From assembly GCA_963663475.2 (NCBI GenBank), contig CAXXJV010000001.1, forward strand, positions 672,001 through 736,000: DNA of 64,000 nucleotides. The letters are read 5' to 3'. Shown one piece after another: positions 50,564 through 61,174 of this stretch (position 1 is its first letter; the number at the start of each line of letters is the position of its first letter). The notes beneath the pieces were generated by a model. That model searched no databases, had not been told where the DNA came from, and worked only from the letters and a program-made list of their open reading frames with translations. This DNA comes from Candidatus Cloacimonadales bacterium (GTDB lineage: Bacteria > Cloacimonadota > Cloacimonadia > Cloacimonadales > JAFGVF01). The translations under genes and the position numbers were made by a program.

Positions 50564-51883
50564 ATGAAATTGACAGTAATTGGGACTGGTTATGTTGGTT
50601 TAGTAACTGGAACGTGTTTCGCCGAAATGGGGAATAATGTAATTTGTGTTGATAATGATAAAAGTAAAATCGATCTTTTAAACAAGGGTGGTATTCCTAT
50701 TTGGGAGCCTGGTTTAGAAGATATGGTGAAAAATAATTCAAAAGAAGGAAGACTTACCTTTACTACTGATATAGCAAAAGCAGTAAAAAATTCTGATATC
50801 TGTTTCATTGCAGTTGGTACACCACCTGATGAAGATGGTTCTGCAGACCTTCAATATGTTTTATCAGTAGCTAAGGATATAGCTACTCATATGGAAAGCC
50901 ATAAAATTATTGTTGATAAATCAACCGTTCCTATAGGAACAGCAGACAAAGTAAGAGCAGCAGTTCAAAATATTTTAGATGAAAGAGGACTTGATTTAAC
51001 CTTTGATGTTGTTTCTAATCCTGAGTTTTTAAAAGAAGGTGATGCTATTTCTGACAGTATGAAACCTGACAGGGTTGTTGTAGGTACTGATAATCCAAAA
51101 TGTGCTGAGATTATGCATGAATTATATCAACCATTTGCTCGTACTAGAGAAAAGGTTATTATAATGTCTATCAAGAGTGCAGAAATGACTAAGTATGCAG
51201 CAAACTGTATGCTTGCAACTAAAATTTCATTTATGAATGATATAGCCAGACTTTGTGAGTTAGTTGGTGCTGATGTATCAGAAGTAAGACATGGTATAGG
51301 ATCTGATTCTCGTATTGGTTATCAGTTTATTTATCCAGGAGCAGGTTATGGAGGATCTTGTTTCCCTAAAGATGTCAAAGCATTAATTAAGATTGCTGAG
51401 AAAGAAGGTATGACAGCTAGAGTTCTTACAGCCGTAGAAGATGTTAATGAAGATCAAAAAAGAGTTTTAGCAGAAAAAACAATGCAACACTTTGGCAAAG
51501 ACCTTACAGGTAAAACATTTGCAATATGGGGCCTATCTTTCAAACCTAAAACTGATGATATGCGAGAAGCTCCTTCCAGAGTTATAATTAAAATGCTTAT
51601 TGATGCAGGTGCTAAAGTTGTTGCTTATGATCCTGTAGCTATGGAAGAAGCTAAGAGAATCTTTGGTGATAATCCTGCAATTACTTATGCAGAAGGTAAT
51701 TATGAAGCTCTTAAGGATGCAGATGCTCTGCTTTTAGTAACTGAATGGAATCAATTTAGAAATCCTGATTTCCAATCTATCAAAGAAAGATTAAAAAATC
51801 CAATTATATTTGATGGTAGAAATCAATATGACCCAAATGAACTAGAAAAACTTGGTTTTGAATATTATAGTATTGGAAGATAA
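50564..51883 (+). CDS. ugd: UDP-glucose 6-dehydrogenase
   Basis: [29 protein letters not shown] and FKPKTDD motifs. Confidence 0.95.
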   Translation: MKLTVIGTGYVGLVTGTCFAEMGNNVICVDNDKSKIDLLNKGGIPIWEPGLEDMVKNNSKEGRLTFTTDIAKAVKNSDICFIAVGTPPDEDGSADLQYVLSVAKDIATHMESHKIIVDKSTVPIGTADKVRAAVQNILDERGLDLTFDVVSNPEFLKEGDAISDSMKPDRVVVGTDNPKCAEIMHELYQPFARTREKVIIMSIKSAEMTKYAANCMLATKISFMNDIARLCELVGADVSEVRHGIGSDSRIGYQFIYPGAGYGGSCFPKDVKALIKIAEKEGMTARVLTAVEDVNEDQKRVLAEKTMQHFGKDLTGKTFAIWGLSFKPKTDDMREAPSRVIIKMLIDAGAKVVAYDPVAMEEAKRIFGDNPAITYAEGNYEALKDADALLLVTEWNQFRNPDFQSIKERLKNPIIFDGRNQYDPNELEKLGFEYYSIGR

Positions 51884-51894
51884 GGCAAGAAATA

Positions 51895-52860
51895 ATGAAT
51901 ATCTTAATAACAGGAGTTGCTGGATTTATTGGTTCACATCTAGCTGATTCTCTTATAAAATCTAATAAGATTATTGGTGTAGATAATTTTTGTGATTTTT
52001 ATGACCCCAAAATCAAAGAGACTAATTTAAAAAAATTATTAAAAAGCGATAATTTTAAATTATATAGAATTGATATTAGAGATTTCCAGCTGCTAAAAAA
52101 AGTTTTTAGTGAAAATAAGATTGATATAGTTATTCATTTAGCAGCAATGGCAGGGGTTAGACCTTCTATTGAAAATCCTCAATTATATACAGAAGTTAAT
52201 ATAAATGGAACGGTTAATATTTTAGAATTATGCAAAATAAACAAAATTAATAAATTAATCTTTGCCTCGTCTTCAAGTGTATATGGAAATAACAAGAAGG
52301 TTCCATTCTCAGAAGAGGATTCAGTTGATAACCCAATATCTCCATACGCTACAACTAAAAAGGCTGGTGAATTATTATGTCATACTTATTATAGCTTATA
52401 TAATATTTCAGTAGCCTGCTTAAGATTTTTCACAGTCTATGGTCCAAGACAGAGACCAGATTTAGCAATACATAAATTTACTAAAATGATATATGCTAAT
52501 GAGGAAATACCCGTATTTGGTGATGGATCTACAATGCGAGATTATACTTATATATCTGATATTGTGGACGGTATTAATAGAAGTGTTGCTTATATAATGA
52601 AGAAAACAAATGTATTTGAAATCTTTAATTTAGGAGAATCTCAGACAATCAGTTTATCTCGAATGATAAGCACAATCGAGGATGTTTCAGGGATTAAAGC
52701 AATTAAGAACATTTTACCTGTCCAACCAGGTGATGTGGAAAGAACATTTGCTGATATTACTAAAAGTAAATCTATATTAGGATATGACCCACAAACAGAC
52801 TTTAATACTGGTATTAATCAATTTTATGACTGGTTTATGAATCAAGAAGATAAGAGCTAA
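51895..52860 (+). CDS. UDP-glucuronate 4-epimerase-like NAD-dependent epimerase
   Basis: GVAGFIG, LAAMAGVRPS, YATTK and RFFTVYGPRQRPD motifs. Confidence 0.88.
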   Translation: MNILITGVAGFIGSHLADSLIKSNKIIGVDNFCDFYDPKIKETNLKKLLKSDNFKLYRIDIRDFQLLKKVFSENKIDIVIHLAAMAGVRPSIENPQLYTEVNINGTVNILELCKINKINKLIFASSSSVYGNNKKVPFSEEDSVDNPISPYATTKKAGELLCHTYYSLYNISVACLRFFTVYGPRQRPDLAIHKFTKMIYANEEIPVFGDGSTMRDYTYISDIVDGINRSVAYIMKKTNVFEIFNLGESQTISLSRMISTIEDVSGIKAIKNILPVQPGDVERTFADITKSKSILGYDPQTDFNTGINQFYDWFMNQEDKS

Positions 52861-52863
52861 ATT

Positions 52864-54024
52864 ATGAGTTTGAAAATTGGAGCTATAATTATTGAAGGCC
52901 ATGTTCAAGGACTGGCAAACACTAGATCTTTAGGATCAAAAGGAATACCAGTTTATGTTATTGATACTGGAAACTGTGTAGCTAGATATTCAAAATACTG
53001 CAAAAAGTTCTTTAAATGTCCAGAGTACAATTCGGATGGGTTAGCTAAGTTTTTAATCGATTTAGCTAAATCAGAAAACATCAAGGATTGGGTGCTTATT
53101 CCATCAAATGATCATGCAGTTTATACTATTGCTAAACATAAAGAAAAGTTAGAACAGTATTATAAAGTGATAACTGAAGATTTTGAAACTGTTAAAAAGA
53201 TATATGACAAATCGAAACTGATTAAAATTGCTGATTCCTTAGGTGTACCTATTCCTAAGACTTGTACTTTTAATAATATAAAACCTTCTGAAATTAGTTT
53301 TCAGTTTCCGATTTTGACAAGAGGTAAAGAAGGGAAATCTTTTTATCATGCAACTGGGAAAAAAGCTTTTAAAGCTAGTAATAATGAAGAATTATATGAG
53401 CAATTAGATTTTATTGAAAAAAAAATAGGCTTACAAAGAAGTATAAGTCAAGAGTTAATACCCTATGATGGCTCGAATAAAACTATCTCATTCACTGCTT
53501 TTTGTGAAAAGGGTTATATTAAAACTTATTGGATGGGGATTAAATTAAGAGAACATCCTATAGATTTTGGAACAGCTACTTTTACTGAAAGTGTTTTTGT
53601 AGAAGATTGTTTAAGTCAATCGAGATTATTACTACACGAACTTGAATATACCGGTGTTTGTGAAGTCGAGTATTTGTGTGACCCAAGAGATGGAAAGTAT
53701 AAGCTTATTGAAATTAATCCCCGTACCTGGTTATGGGTTGGGCAAGCTATCGCTAATTGTATTGACTATCCTATGATGATTTATAATTACGTTAATGGAA
53801 TCAAGAATGAATATCCTAACAGCTATGAAATAGGACTCAAGTGGTATAATCCTTATACAGATTTAATTTATGGGTTGATTGGTATCTGGAGTGGTGTCTT
53901 TTCTGTAAAGGATTTCTTATCAAAATATTCAGGAAGAAAAGTTAATTCTTTAACATATAAAAGAGATAATTTCCCTTTGATAATGTATGGTTTTTTATTG
54001 TTAAAAATGGTGAGGAGTAGATGA
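52864..54024 (+). CDS. ATP-grasp carboxylate-amine ligase (D-aspartate ligase-like)
   Basis: RSLG..GIPV, QELIP and EVEY..D.RDG.YKLIEINPR motifs. Confidence 0.8.
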   Translation: MSLKIGAIIIEGHVQGLANTRSLGSKGIPVYVIDTGNCVARYSKYCKKFFKCPEYNSDGLAKFLIDLAKSENIKDWVLIPSNDHAVYTIAKHKEKLEQYYKVITEDFETVKKIYDKSKLIKIADSLGVPIPKTCTFNNIKPSEISFQFPILTRGKEGKSFYHATGKKAFKASNNEELYEQLDFIEKKIGLQRSISQELIPYDGSNKTISFTAFCEKGYIKTYWMGIKLREHPIDFGTATFTESVFVEDCLSQSRLLLHELEYTGVCEVEYLCDPRDGKYKLIEINPRTWLWVGQAIANCIDYPMMIYNYVNGIKNEYPNSYEIGLKWYNPYTDLIYGLIGIWSGVFSVKDFLSKYSGRKVNSLTYKRDNFPLIMYGFLLLKMVRSR

Positions 54025-54066
54025 GAATCCTTTACCGTTAATACTTGGGTTTTGTGAGGAAAAACT

Positions 54067-55131
54067 GTGAAAAAAATAGAAAGAGTTTTAATTTCTGTTG
54101 GACACCCTGCTCAAGTTCATCAGTTCAAATATGTATATAGAGAGTTGAACAAGTTAAATATTAGAATTTTATTTGTCGCTCAAGATAAGGAAATATCATT
54201 ATACCTTCTAGATGTTTATAAGCTACCATTTGTATCTATAAGTAAACCTAGAAAGGGTTTGATAAAAAAAATTTCAAATATTCCAGGCAACTGTGTTAAG
54301 TTTTTAGGAATTTGTAAAAGTTTTAAACCAAATCTTATTTTAAGTAGAGGAGCGATATATACAACTTGGATAGCAAAACTACTGAAGATACCGCACTTGA
54401 GTTTTGCAGATACTGAACATATAAATATTGTTGATAAGATAACAGTTCCTTTTATAACTTACAAGCTAACTTCCTTATCATATAACAAAAATTTAGGAAA
54501 AAATCATTTTAAATTTTCAGGTAATATTGAACTTTTTTATATGCACCCAAATTATTTTAAACCAAGAAAACAGCCAAAAGGAAAGGGTAAAAAGATTTTA
54601 CTGAGATTTGTTGCTTGGGATGCATATCATGATGTAGGTCATCATGGCCTAACTCTAGAATTTAAGCTAAAACTGATTAATACTTTAATTAAGTATGGAG
54701 AAGTTTTAATCTCTTGTGAAACTGTTCTACCTGGGCAGTTAGAACAGTTTAGAATTACTATAAAACCAGAAGAAATGCATTCTTTGATGTATAATGTTGA
54801 TTTATTCATTGGAGAAGGGGCATCTATGGTATCAGAATGTGCCTGTATAGGAACACCAGCTATATATGTAAATCCTTTAAGTACTGGTTATATCGATGAA
54901 CTTGAAACATATAACCTTGTTTTTCAGTATCGAAATTCTGTCGGAGTTATTAGCAAAGCTATAGAACTATTAGAAATGAATAATATCAAAGAAGAGTGGC
55001 TAGATAGACTTAATGTTTTCATTAATAATTGTATTGACCCAACTGCATTAACAGTTTGGTTTGTTGAAAATTATCCTAAAAGTGTAGAAGTTCTAAAAAA
55101 AGACCCAAACTATCAAATGAGATTTAAATAA
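54067..55131 (+). CDS. DUF354-family GT-B-like protein
   Basis: HPAQVHQFK, DTEH, LRFVAWDAYHD and ECACIGTPAIY motifs. Confidence 0.8.
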   Translation: MKKIERVLISVGHPAQVHQFKYVYRELNKLNIRILFVAQDKEISLYLLDVYKLPFVSISKPRKGLIKKISNIPGNCVKFLGICKSFKPNLILSRGAIYTTWIAKLLKIPHLSFADTEHINIVDKITVPFITYKLTSLSYNKNLGKNHFKFSGNIELFYMHPNYFKPRKQPKGKGKKILLRFVAWDAYHDVGHHGLTLEFKLKLINTLIKYGEVLISCETVLPGQLEQFRITIKPEEMHSLMYNVDLFIGEGASMVSECACIGTPAIYVNPLSTGYIDELETYNLVFQYRNSVGVISKAIELLEMNNIKEEWLDRLNVFINNCIDPTALTVWFVENYPKSVEVLKKDPNYQMRFK

Positions 55132-55859
55132 TGGATTTCACCTTTACCCAATACCAAAATTTACTTAAATATAAGCAAATCTCTTTTCGGCACGACGTAG
55201 ATAGAAAGCCTGAAAAATCACTTAAAATGGCTCAGTTGGAACATCAGTATGATGTTCAAGCAACCTACTATTTTAGGATGAAGCCAGAGTCATATAATGA
55301 AAATATAATCAAAGAAATTATCAATTTGGGGCATGAAATAGGATATCATTATGAATCTTTATGTGATTCAAAAGGTGATTTTGCTTTAGGTATTGAAGAT
55401 TTTAAACAAAACTTAGCTAAGCTGAGAAAACTTTATCCTGTTAAGAAAATTGCTATGCATGGTAGGCCTACAAGTCCTTATGATAGTCGAGATTTATGGA
55501 AGAAGTATGATTATCGAGAGTTTGGGATTGAGTATGAACCATACTTTGATACTGATTATAATGAAGTATTGTACATAACTGATGCTGGAAGAGCTTGGGG
55601 AGATGATTCTATTAATAGAAGGGATAGGGTTACTAGTAAGTATGATTTTGATTTGACATCGCTAGATAAGATATTGAAGCTTTTAGAGAATGGTCAGCTT
55701 CCGGAAAAGATTATTATGAATATACATCCGGAGCATTGGGCTGAGAGTAATTTAGAGTGGTGGATAATCTGGGGGAAGAGGAAGGTGAGAAACTTCGTTA
55801 AGAGGGTGTATCTGATTTTCACCACAGAGACACAAAGAACACAAAAAAAGAAAGAGTAA
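55131..55859 (+). CDS. Polysaccharide deacetylase-like protein, C-terminus supplied by a 9-mer repeat
   Basis: RHDVD, ATYYFR, GHEIGYHYE, MHG and HPEHW motifs; ends TTETQRTQKKKE. Confidence 0.78.
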   Translation: MDFTFTQYQNLLKYKQISFRHDVDRKPEKSLKMAQLEHQYDVQATYYFRMKPESYNENIIKEIINLGHEIGYHYESLCDSKGDFALGIEDFKQNLAKLRKLYPVKKIAMHGRPTSPYDSRDLWKKYDYREFGIEYEPYFDTDYNEVLYITDAGRAWGDDSINRRDRVTSKYDFDLTSLDKILKLLENGQLPEKIIMNIHPEHWAESNLEWWIIWGKRKVRNFVKRVYLIFTTETQRTQKKKE

Positions 55860-56170
55860 ATTAGCCACCGAAAACACTGAAAACACCGATAAGAGGAAGA
55901 TTTTAACACAAAAACTCGAAAAATTCACAAAAACACAGCTTGCTATGCAAGAACGAAAAGATAAAAGTGAAAAACTATAAGAGGTTTAGTGTTGAGAGTT
56001 TAGGGTTTAGATGGAGTGATAAAGAGATTAAATAATTTAAATTCTTCACACGAATTTCACGAATAAGAAATCCCTTACATCGCTTGCTGCGCCAAAATGA
56101 TAAATTAAAGAAAGTTTATCACCAAACCAAGAAAATTCACAAAAACACAAAAAAAGAAAGTAAAAGCCTC
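55821..56170 (+). repeat. Intergenic repeat mosaic (9-mer, 7-mer and 8-mer modules)
   Basis: ACCACAGAGACACAAAGAACAC, AGCCACCGAAAACACTGAAAACACCGA and CACGAATTTCACGAA. Confidence 0.85.
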
Positions 56171-56255
56171 CGAAATAGATGAAAAATATAAAATCTATAA
56201 ACAGTAATAAATATTTTTTTGTAAAATAGTATAGTAATGAATAATGTAAAGGTTT

Positions 56256-57023
56256 TTGAAAAAAATGAAAGATTTAACGTTGAAAATCTATAAAAGGTTA
56301 ATAAAATCTCTAAAAGATAATGGGTATATTTTTACAACAGATATCAATATTCTGCACAAAAATAAATCAATTATGATGAGACATGATGTAGATTCTTGGC
56401 CTATTAATGCCTTAAAGATGGCAAGAATGGAAAGAGAGTTAGGTGTTAAATCTATATACTATTTTAGAAAGAAAAGAATAAGTTTAAATATTGGATATCT
56501 TAAACAAATTGCTGATTTAGGGCATGAAATTGGTTATCATTATGAAGACTTGTGTGACACAAGAGGTAATATAAATAAGGCTTTTATAAGATTTACAGAA
56601 AATTTAGCATTCTTAAGGAAGCTTGTTTCAATCAAGTCTATTGCTATGCATGGAAGACCTCTATCAAAGTGGGATAGTAAAGATATTTGGAAAAAATACA
56701 ATTATAAAGAATTAAATATTGATTTTGAGCCGTACTTAGATATTGATTACACAAAGGTTGCATATTTAACTGATACTGGTGGGTGCTGGGATGGAGGAAA
56801 GTACAGTGTAAGAGATAATGTCTCTTCGATATTTGATATTCCTGCACATTCTACAGAACAACTAATTGGGTTAATTAATAATAACAAATTACCAAATAAT
56901 ATTCTCATAAATGTTCATCCAGCTAGATGGAATGACAATATGATAAATTGGCTAATTAGAAAGTATGTATTGACTTTGCCAAAATTACAAGCTAAAAAGA
57001 TATTGAAACGATTTAGGAGTTGA
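56256..57023 (+). CDS. Polysaccharide deacetylase-like protein, paralog of 55131-55859
   Basis: RHDVD, GHEIGYHYE, AMHGRP and HPARW motifs. Confidence 0.8.
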   Translation: MKKMKDLTLKIYKRLIKSLKDNGYIFTTDINILHKNKSIMMRHDVDSWPINALKMARMERELGVKSIYYFRKKRISLNIGYLKQIADLGHEIGYHYEDLCDTRGNINKAFIRFTENLAFLRKLVSIKSIAMHGRPLSKWDSKDIWKKYNYKELNIDFEPYLDIDYTKVAYLTDTGGCWDGGKYSVRDNVSSIFDIPAHSTEQLIGLINNNKLPNNILINVHPARWNDNMINWLIRKYVLTLPKLQAKKILKRFRS

Positions 57024-57556
57024 AATTGAAGTCAATCCCTTATTATGAGCCGAAAGATAAATTATCCCAGCAAATTAAACATTCTTCAGAAAGACGCAAA
57101 ATATCTAAAATTTTTTTTATATTCCGGAAGCTTAATAATTGGCTGCTAGCTACATTTGCTTGGAACTGTCCTCTAAATAGCTTAAGAGTTAAGTTTCACA
57201 GAAAAAGAGGAGTAACGATTGGTAAAGGCGTAATGCTTGGTTTTCGTTGTACTCTTGATCATGCTTATCCAGAATATATTACTCTCAAAGATAATAGTGC
57301 ATTAGCAGGTAATGTTTATTTGATAGCTCATAGTAATCCTTATAAGCATTTTAAAGGTAGATTACTTTCTTATGTGGCTCCTATTGTGATTGAGGAAGGT
57401 GCATGGGTAGGAGTAAATGCAACTATTTTACCAGGAGTTACAATAGGGAAAAATTCTGTAGTTAGTGCAGGAGCAGTAGTTACAGAAAATGTTCCTGATA
57501 ATTGTATTGTAGCAGGAAATCCCGCTACAATTATACGAAGGTTTCCAGAAATATGA
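57020..57556 (+). CDS. Left-handed beta-helix O-acyltransferase
   Basis: AWVGVNATILPGVTIGKNSVVSAGAVV..AGNPA. Confidence 0.88.
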   Translation: MKLKSIPYYEPKDKLSQQIKHSSERRKISKIFFIFRKLNNWLLATFAWNCPLNSLRVKFHRKRGVTIGKGVMLGFRCTLDHAYPEYITLKDNSALAGNVYLIAHSNPYKHFKGRLLSYVAPIVIEEGAWVGVNATILPGVTIGKNSVVSAGAVVTENVPDNCIVAGNPATIIRRFPEI

Positions 57557-58479
57557 AATATTGCATATTAACTAATGATGTTGAGCTAACATCAATAGTA
57601 AATAATAATCTTAACACCGATACTGGAAAAAAGGTGCTAGAGGATGGACTACCTAAATTATTAAATTTATATAGAAAATATGGTATTAAATCTACTTTTT
57701 TTATTACAGGAAAATATATTGAAGAATTTCATGAAGTAATTCCTTTGATTGAAAATGAAGGTCATGAGATTGGATGTCATGGTTATAGTCATGAAATTGA
57801 TCAAGCTTTTGATATGTTGAGTCTAAAAGAACAAATTAACAATTTGAACAAAGTAAGAAATCTTTATGAGAAACACTCCAATAATGCACTAGTATCATTT
57901 AGAGCTCCAGCATTAAGGACAAATGAATTTACTGTAAATGCCTTGGAGTCAGCAGGTTTCAAATTTGATAGTTCTGTTGCTTCACAAAGGTTTGACTTTT
58001 TTCTTTCCTTTGGAGGATTAAAGAAGTTAAAATGGTTGTTTTCTCCAAGGATGCCATATAACGCTTATCAAAAATCTTTGGCTAAAAAAGGATTTTCAAA
58101 AATCATGGAAATTCCAATTTCTGCTTTATTAATGCCATATATTGGAACTACAATGAGAGTTTTTCCTCTTTTAACAAAGTTTCTCAGATATATTCTGCAC
58201 TATGAAGCGATATTTACTGGTAAACCTATTGTCTTCTTGATTCATCCTGTTGAACTTATTACAGAATCAAAAAAAGGTAAGTTTAATAGACGTAGTAAAA
58301 ATCTACTAAAGTATTTATTAACTGATAAACTTAGAAGATGGTTAAAAATGAAAAATCTTGGTGATGATGCCTTATTCTTATATGAAGAGGAAATTAGGTT
58401 TTTCCAGAAAAAAGGATATAAATTTTTAACCATAAAAGAATATGGAGACTTATATGGAAAAATTAGAGAAAATAATTAA
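57553..58479 (+). CDS. Polysaccharide deacetylase-family protein
   Basis: TNDVE, STFFITG, HEIGCHGYSH, FRAP and IHP motifs. Confidence 0.85.
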   Translation: MKYCILTNDVELTSIVNNNLNTDTGKKVLEDGLPKLLNLYRKYGIKSTFFITGKYIEEFHEVIPLIENEGHEIGCHGYSHEIDQAFDMLSLKEQINNLNKVRNLYEKHSNNALVSFRAPALRTNEFTVNALESAGFKFDSSVASQRFDFFLSFGGLKKLKWLFSPRMPYNAYQKSLAKKGFSKIMEIPISALLMPYIGTTMRVFPLLTKFLRYILHYEAIFTGKPIVFLIHPVELITESKKGKFNRRSKNLLKYLLTDKLRRWLKMKNLGDDALFLYEEEIRFFQKKGYKFLTIKEYGDLYGKIRENN

Positions 58480-58675
58480 ATTAATGCTTGATAATAAAGG
58501 TTCAGTTATTAAACTAAATTTGGAAGATAAAACAGATTTGCGAAATGATTTAGGATTTGATTCATTAGATTTAGCTGAGTTAACTGTAAGAATTGAAAAA
58601 GAATTTGGGATTGATGTGTTTACTGATGGGATTGTAACAACGATAGGTGAAATAAGAGCAAAATTAGGAATATGA
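58454..58675 (+). CDS. Acyl carrier protein
   Basis: DLGFDSLDLAEL phosphopantetheine site. Confidence 0.9.
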   Translation: MEKLEKIIKLMLDNKGSVIKLNLEDKTDLRNDLGFDSLDLAELTVRIEKEFGIDVFTDGIVTTIGEIRAKLGI

Positions 58676-59880
58676 TATTTTATAAAAATCAAGTATTAAT
58701 CAAGACATATGATGACTTGATTAATGATATCAACAATTTTTATGAGGTGAATCTAGTAATAAGAGATTTAAATTCTTATGATATATTTCTTAAAATAATT
58801 GTAGCTATTTTAAATAAGATAGATGTTATATTAATTGATAGTGATTTCACAGCAAGAGAGATTGAAAGCTTAGGTCTTTTAGAAGAAAATTTATTACTTG
58901 TCAAAAAAGTAACCAAAAAACACGTTAAAGATGTAAGCGACTTAAAAAGAAGATTACTGAATAGCCAAGATTGGTCATTAACACTTTATACTTCAGGTAC
59001 AACAGGTATTCCTAAAAAGGTAACTCATAATTTCAGAAACGTAACAAGAAATGTCAAAATTGCAGATAAATTCTCATCTAATGTTTGGGGTTTTGCTTTT
59101 AATCCGACACATATTGCTGGAATCCAAGTATTTTTTCAGGCTCTATTAAATCTTAATCCAATAATTGATATATTTGATAAACCAAGAGATATTGTAATAG
59201 AAGAGATTAAAGAGAATGGGATAACGAACATCTCTGCTACTTCAACCTACTATAGACTTATGGGACCTTTTAATTTTAAGTGTGTATCAGTTCAAATGCT
59301 TACTTCTGGTGGAGAAAAGTTTGACCTTGATACTATTAATAAACTTAAAATCTGCTTTCCCAATGCTAAGGTTAGGAATATTTATGCTTCTACAGAGGCG
59401 GGGACTATATTCACAACTCAGGGAGATTTATTTGTTGTCCCTCGTGAACTGAGGAGCAAAATAAAGATTAGTAATGGTGAGTTATTGTTAAAATCAGAGT
59501 TGATTGGGAAAATATCCTCAGATCTTGATGAATGGTATCCCACTGGAGATATTGTTGAAATAATTGAATCAGAGCCATTAAAAATCAAATTTTTATGTCG
59601 TAAAAATGAGATGATTAATGTCGGTGGTTATAAGGTTAATCCTCTAGAGGTTGAAGAGATTGTTAGATTATATGATGGTGTTAAAGATGTGCTTGTGTAT
59701 GGGAAGAAGAACTCTGTTTTAGGTACTATACTATGTGCCGATATTGTCGCACAAAAAGATATTAGTGAGAAAGATATCAAAGAATATCTGAATGGGAAAC
59801 TACAGAAATTCAAAGTCCCTAGAATAATAAATTTCGTTGAATCACTAACAACTACCAAAACAGGGAAAATAAAAAGATGA
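58672..59880 (+). CDS. AMP-binding acyl/aminoacyl ligase
   Basis: YTSGTTGIPK, YASTE, YPTGD, INVGGYKV.P.EVE and KT.KI motifs. Confidence 0.88.
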   Translation: MIFYKNQVLIKTYDDLINDINNFYEVNLVIRDLNSYDIFLKIIVAILNKIDVILIDSDFTAREIESLGLLEENLLLVKKVTKKHVKDVSDLKRRLLNSQDWSLTLYTSGTTGIPKKVTHNFRNVTRNVKIADKFSSNVWGFAFNPTHIAGIQVFFQALLNLNPIIDIFDKPRDIVIEEIKENGITNISATSTYYRLMGPFNFKCVSVQMLTSGGEKFDLDTINKLKICFPNAKVRNIYASTEAGTIFTTQGDLFVVPRELRSKIKISNGELLLKSELIGKISSDLDEWYPTGDIVEIIESEPLKIKFLCRKNEMINVGGYKVNPLEVEEIVRLYDGVKDVLVYGKKNSVLGTILCADIVAQKDISEKDIKEYLNGKLQKFKVPRIINFVESLTTTKTGKIKR

Positions 59881-60605
59881 AAAATATATTAGTTACAGGT
59901 GTTTCAAAAGGTTTGGGTTTAGAAATAAGTAAGATTTTACTTGCAGCAGGATATTCAGTATATGGTGTAGCAAGAAGCATTAATAATGATATTGAAGACC
60001 TCATACTAAAATATAAAGGTTTTTTTTTCTTCAAAAAAGTAGATTTATCTGCCCCTGAAAAAGCTAAAGAAGCAATTTTTAATGATGATTTTATTAGTTT
60101 TGAAATTCCTCTTTTAGGTTTTGTTAATAATGCTGCTAAGGCTTATGATGATATTGTTACAAACTTAAATGTAGATAAATTAGAGCAAATGTATAGGACA
60201 AATGTTTTCACTCCTATGTTGTTAACTAAATATGCTATTCGAAATATGCTGTTGAATAGAACAAGTGGATCAATTATCCATTTATCATCAATTAGTGTTC
60301 ATACTGGATATAAGGGGTTAGCAATGTATGCTTCGACAAAAGGAGCACTAGAAGCTTTTTCTAAGAATACAGCCAGGGAGTGGGGTAGCAAGAAAATAAG
60401 ATCAAATTGTCTTGTTGCTGGATTTATGGAAACAGCTATGAGCTCTACCTTAACAGATGATCAGAAAAATAGAATCTACCAAAGAACTTCAATGAAGGAT
60501 GCAACTAGCGTAACTTCTGTGGCTAATACTGTTGAATTTTTGCTATCAGATAAAGCTCAGTCTATTACAGGGCAGAATATATTTGTGGATAATGGGACTA
60601 TATAG
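59877..60605 (+). CDS. FabG-like short-chain dehydrogenase
   Basis: TGVSKGLG, VNNA and YASTK motifs. Confidence 0.9.
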   Translation: MKNILVTGVSKGLGLEISKILLAAGYSVYGVARSINNDIEDLILKYKGFFFFKKVDLSAPEKAKEAIFNDDFISFEIPLLGFVNNAAKAYDDIVTNLNVDKLEQMYRTNVFTPMLLTKYAIRNMLLNRTSGSIIHLSSISVHTGYKGLAMYASTKGALEAFSKNTAREWGSKKIRSNCLVAGFMETAMSSTLTDDQKNRIYQRTSMKDATSVTSVANTVEFLLSDKAQSITGQNIFVDNGTI

Positions 60606-60619
60606 CAATCCTTTGGATT

Positions 60620-61152
60620 GAATGAAAAGATAAAAATGAAAAATGAAAGAGCTTTTACACGAATTAACTCGAATTAAAACGAATTTACTTGCTTCGCAAG
60701 AATGAAAAATTAAAAGTGAAAAATGAAGAATAAGAATAGAACACAGATGACTCTGATTGAACAGATTAAAACTGATAAGAATGATTAAATAAGGTGAGGG
60801 TTGAGAGTATAGTGTATAGGAAGAATATCGGTGTATTCGGTGTGTTCGGTGGCTAATTTTTTTGTGTTCTTTGTGTCTTTGTGGTGAAAGAGAGATGCTT
60901 GCTTCGCAAGAAAAATAAGAATAGAACACAGACGGCTTGCTTCGCAAGAATGAAAAATTAAAAGTGAAAAATGAAGAATAAGAATAGAACACAGATGACT
61001 CTGATTTAACAGATTTACACTGATATGAAGATTTAAAAATGTAAAAGTTTTATTTATCAATATGATAAAACTCTGTGTTAAGGGTTTTCTTCTTTCAGTG
61101 ATTTCGATGGCTATTTTATTTTCTTTTCAGTGAAATTAGCGTAATTCGTGGA
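60620..61152. repeat. Intergenic repeat mosaic with an internal ~90-bp duplication
   Basis: CTTGCTTCGCAAG plus 7-mers plus AACACAGATGACTCTGATT occurs at ~60688 and ~60937. Reversed 9-mer arms precede the next gene. Confidence 0.88.
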
Positions 61153-61174
61153 TAATATACCTTAAGGGGAAATT

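Noticed and set aside
3957-60034. Other antisense or alternative-frame ORFs nested in well-supported genes
   Set aside because: Shadow ORFs without motifs.
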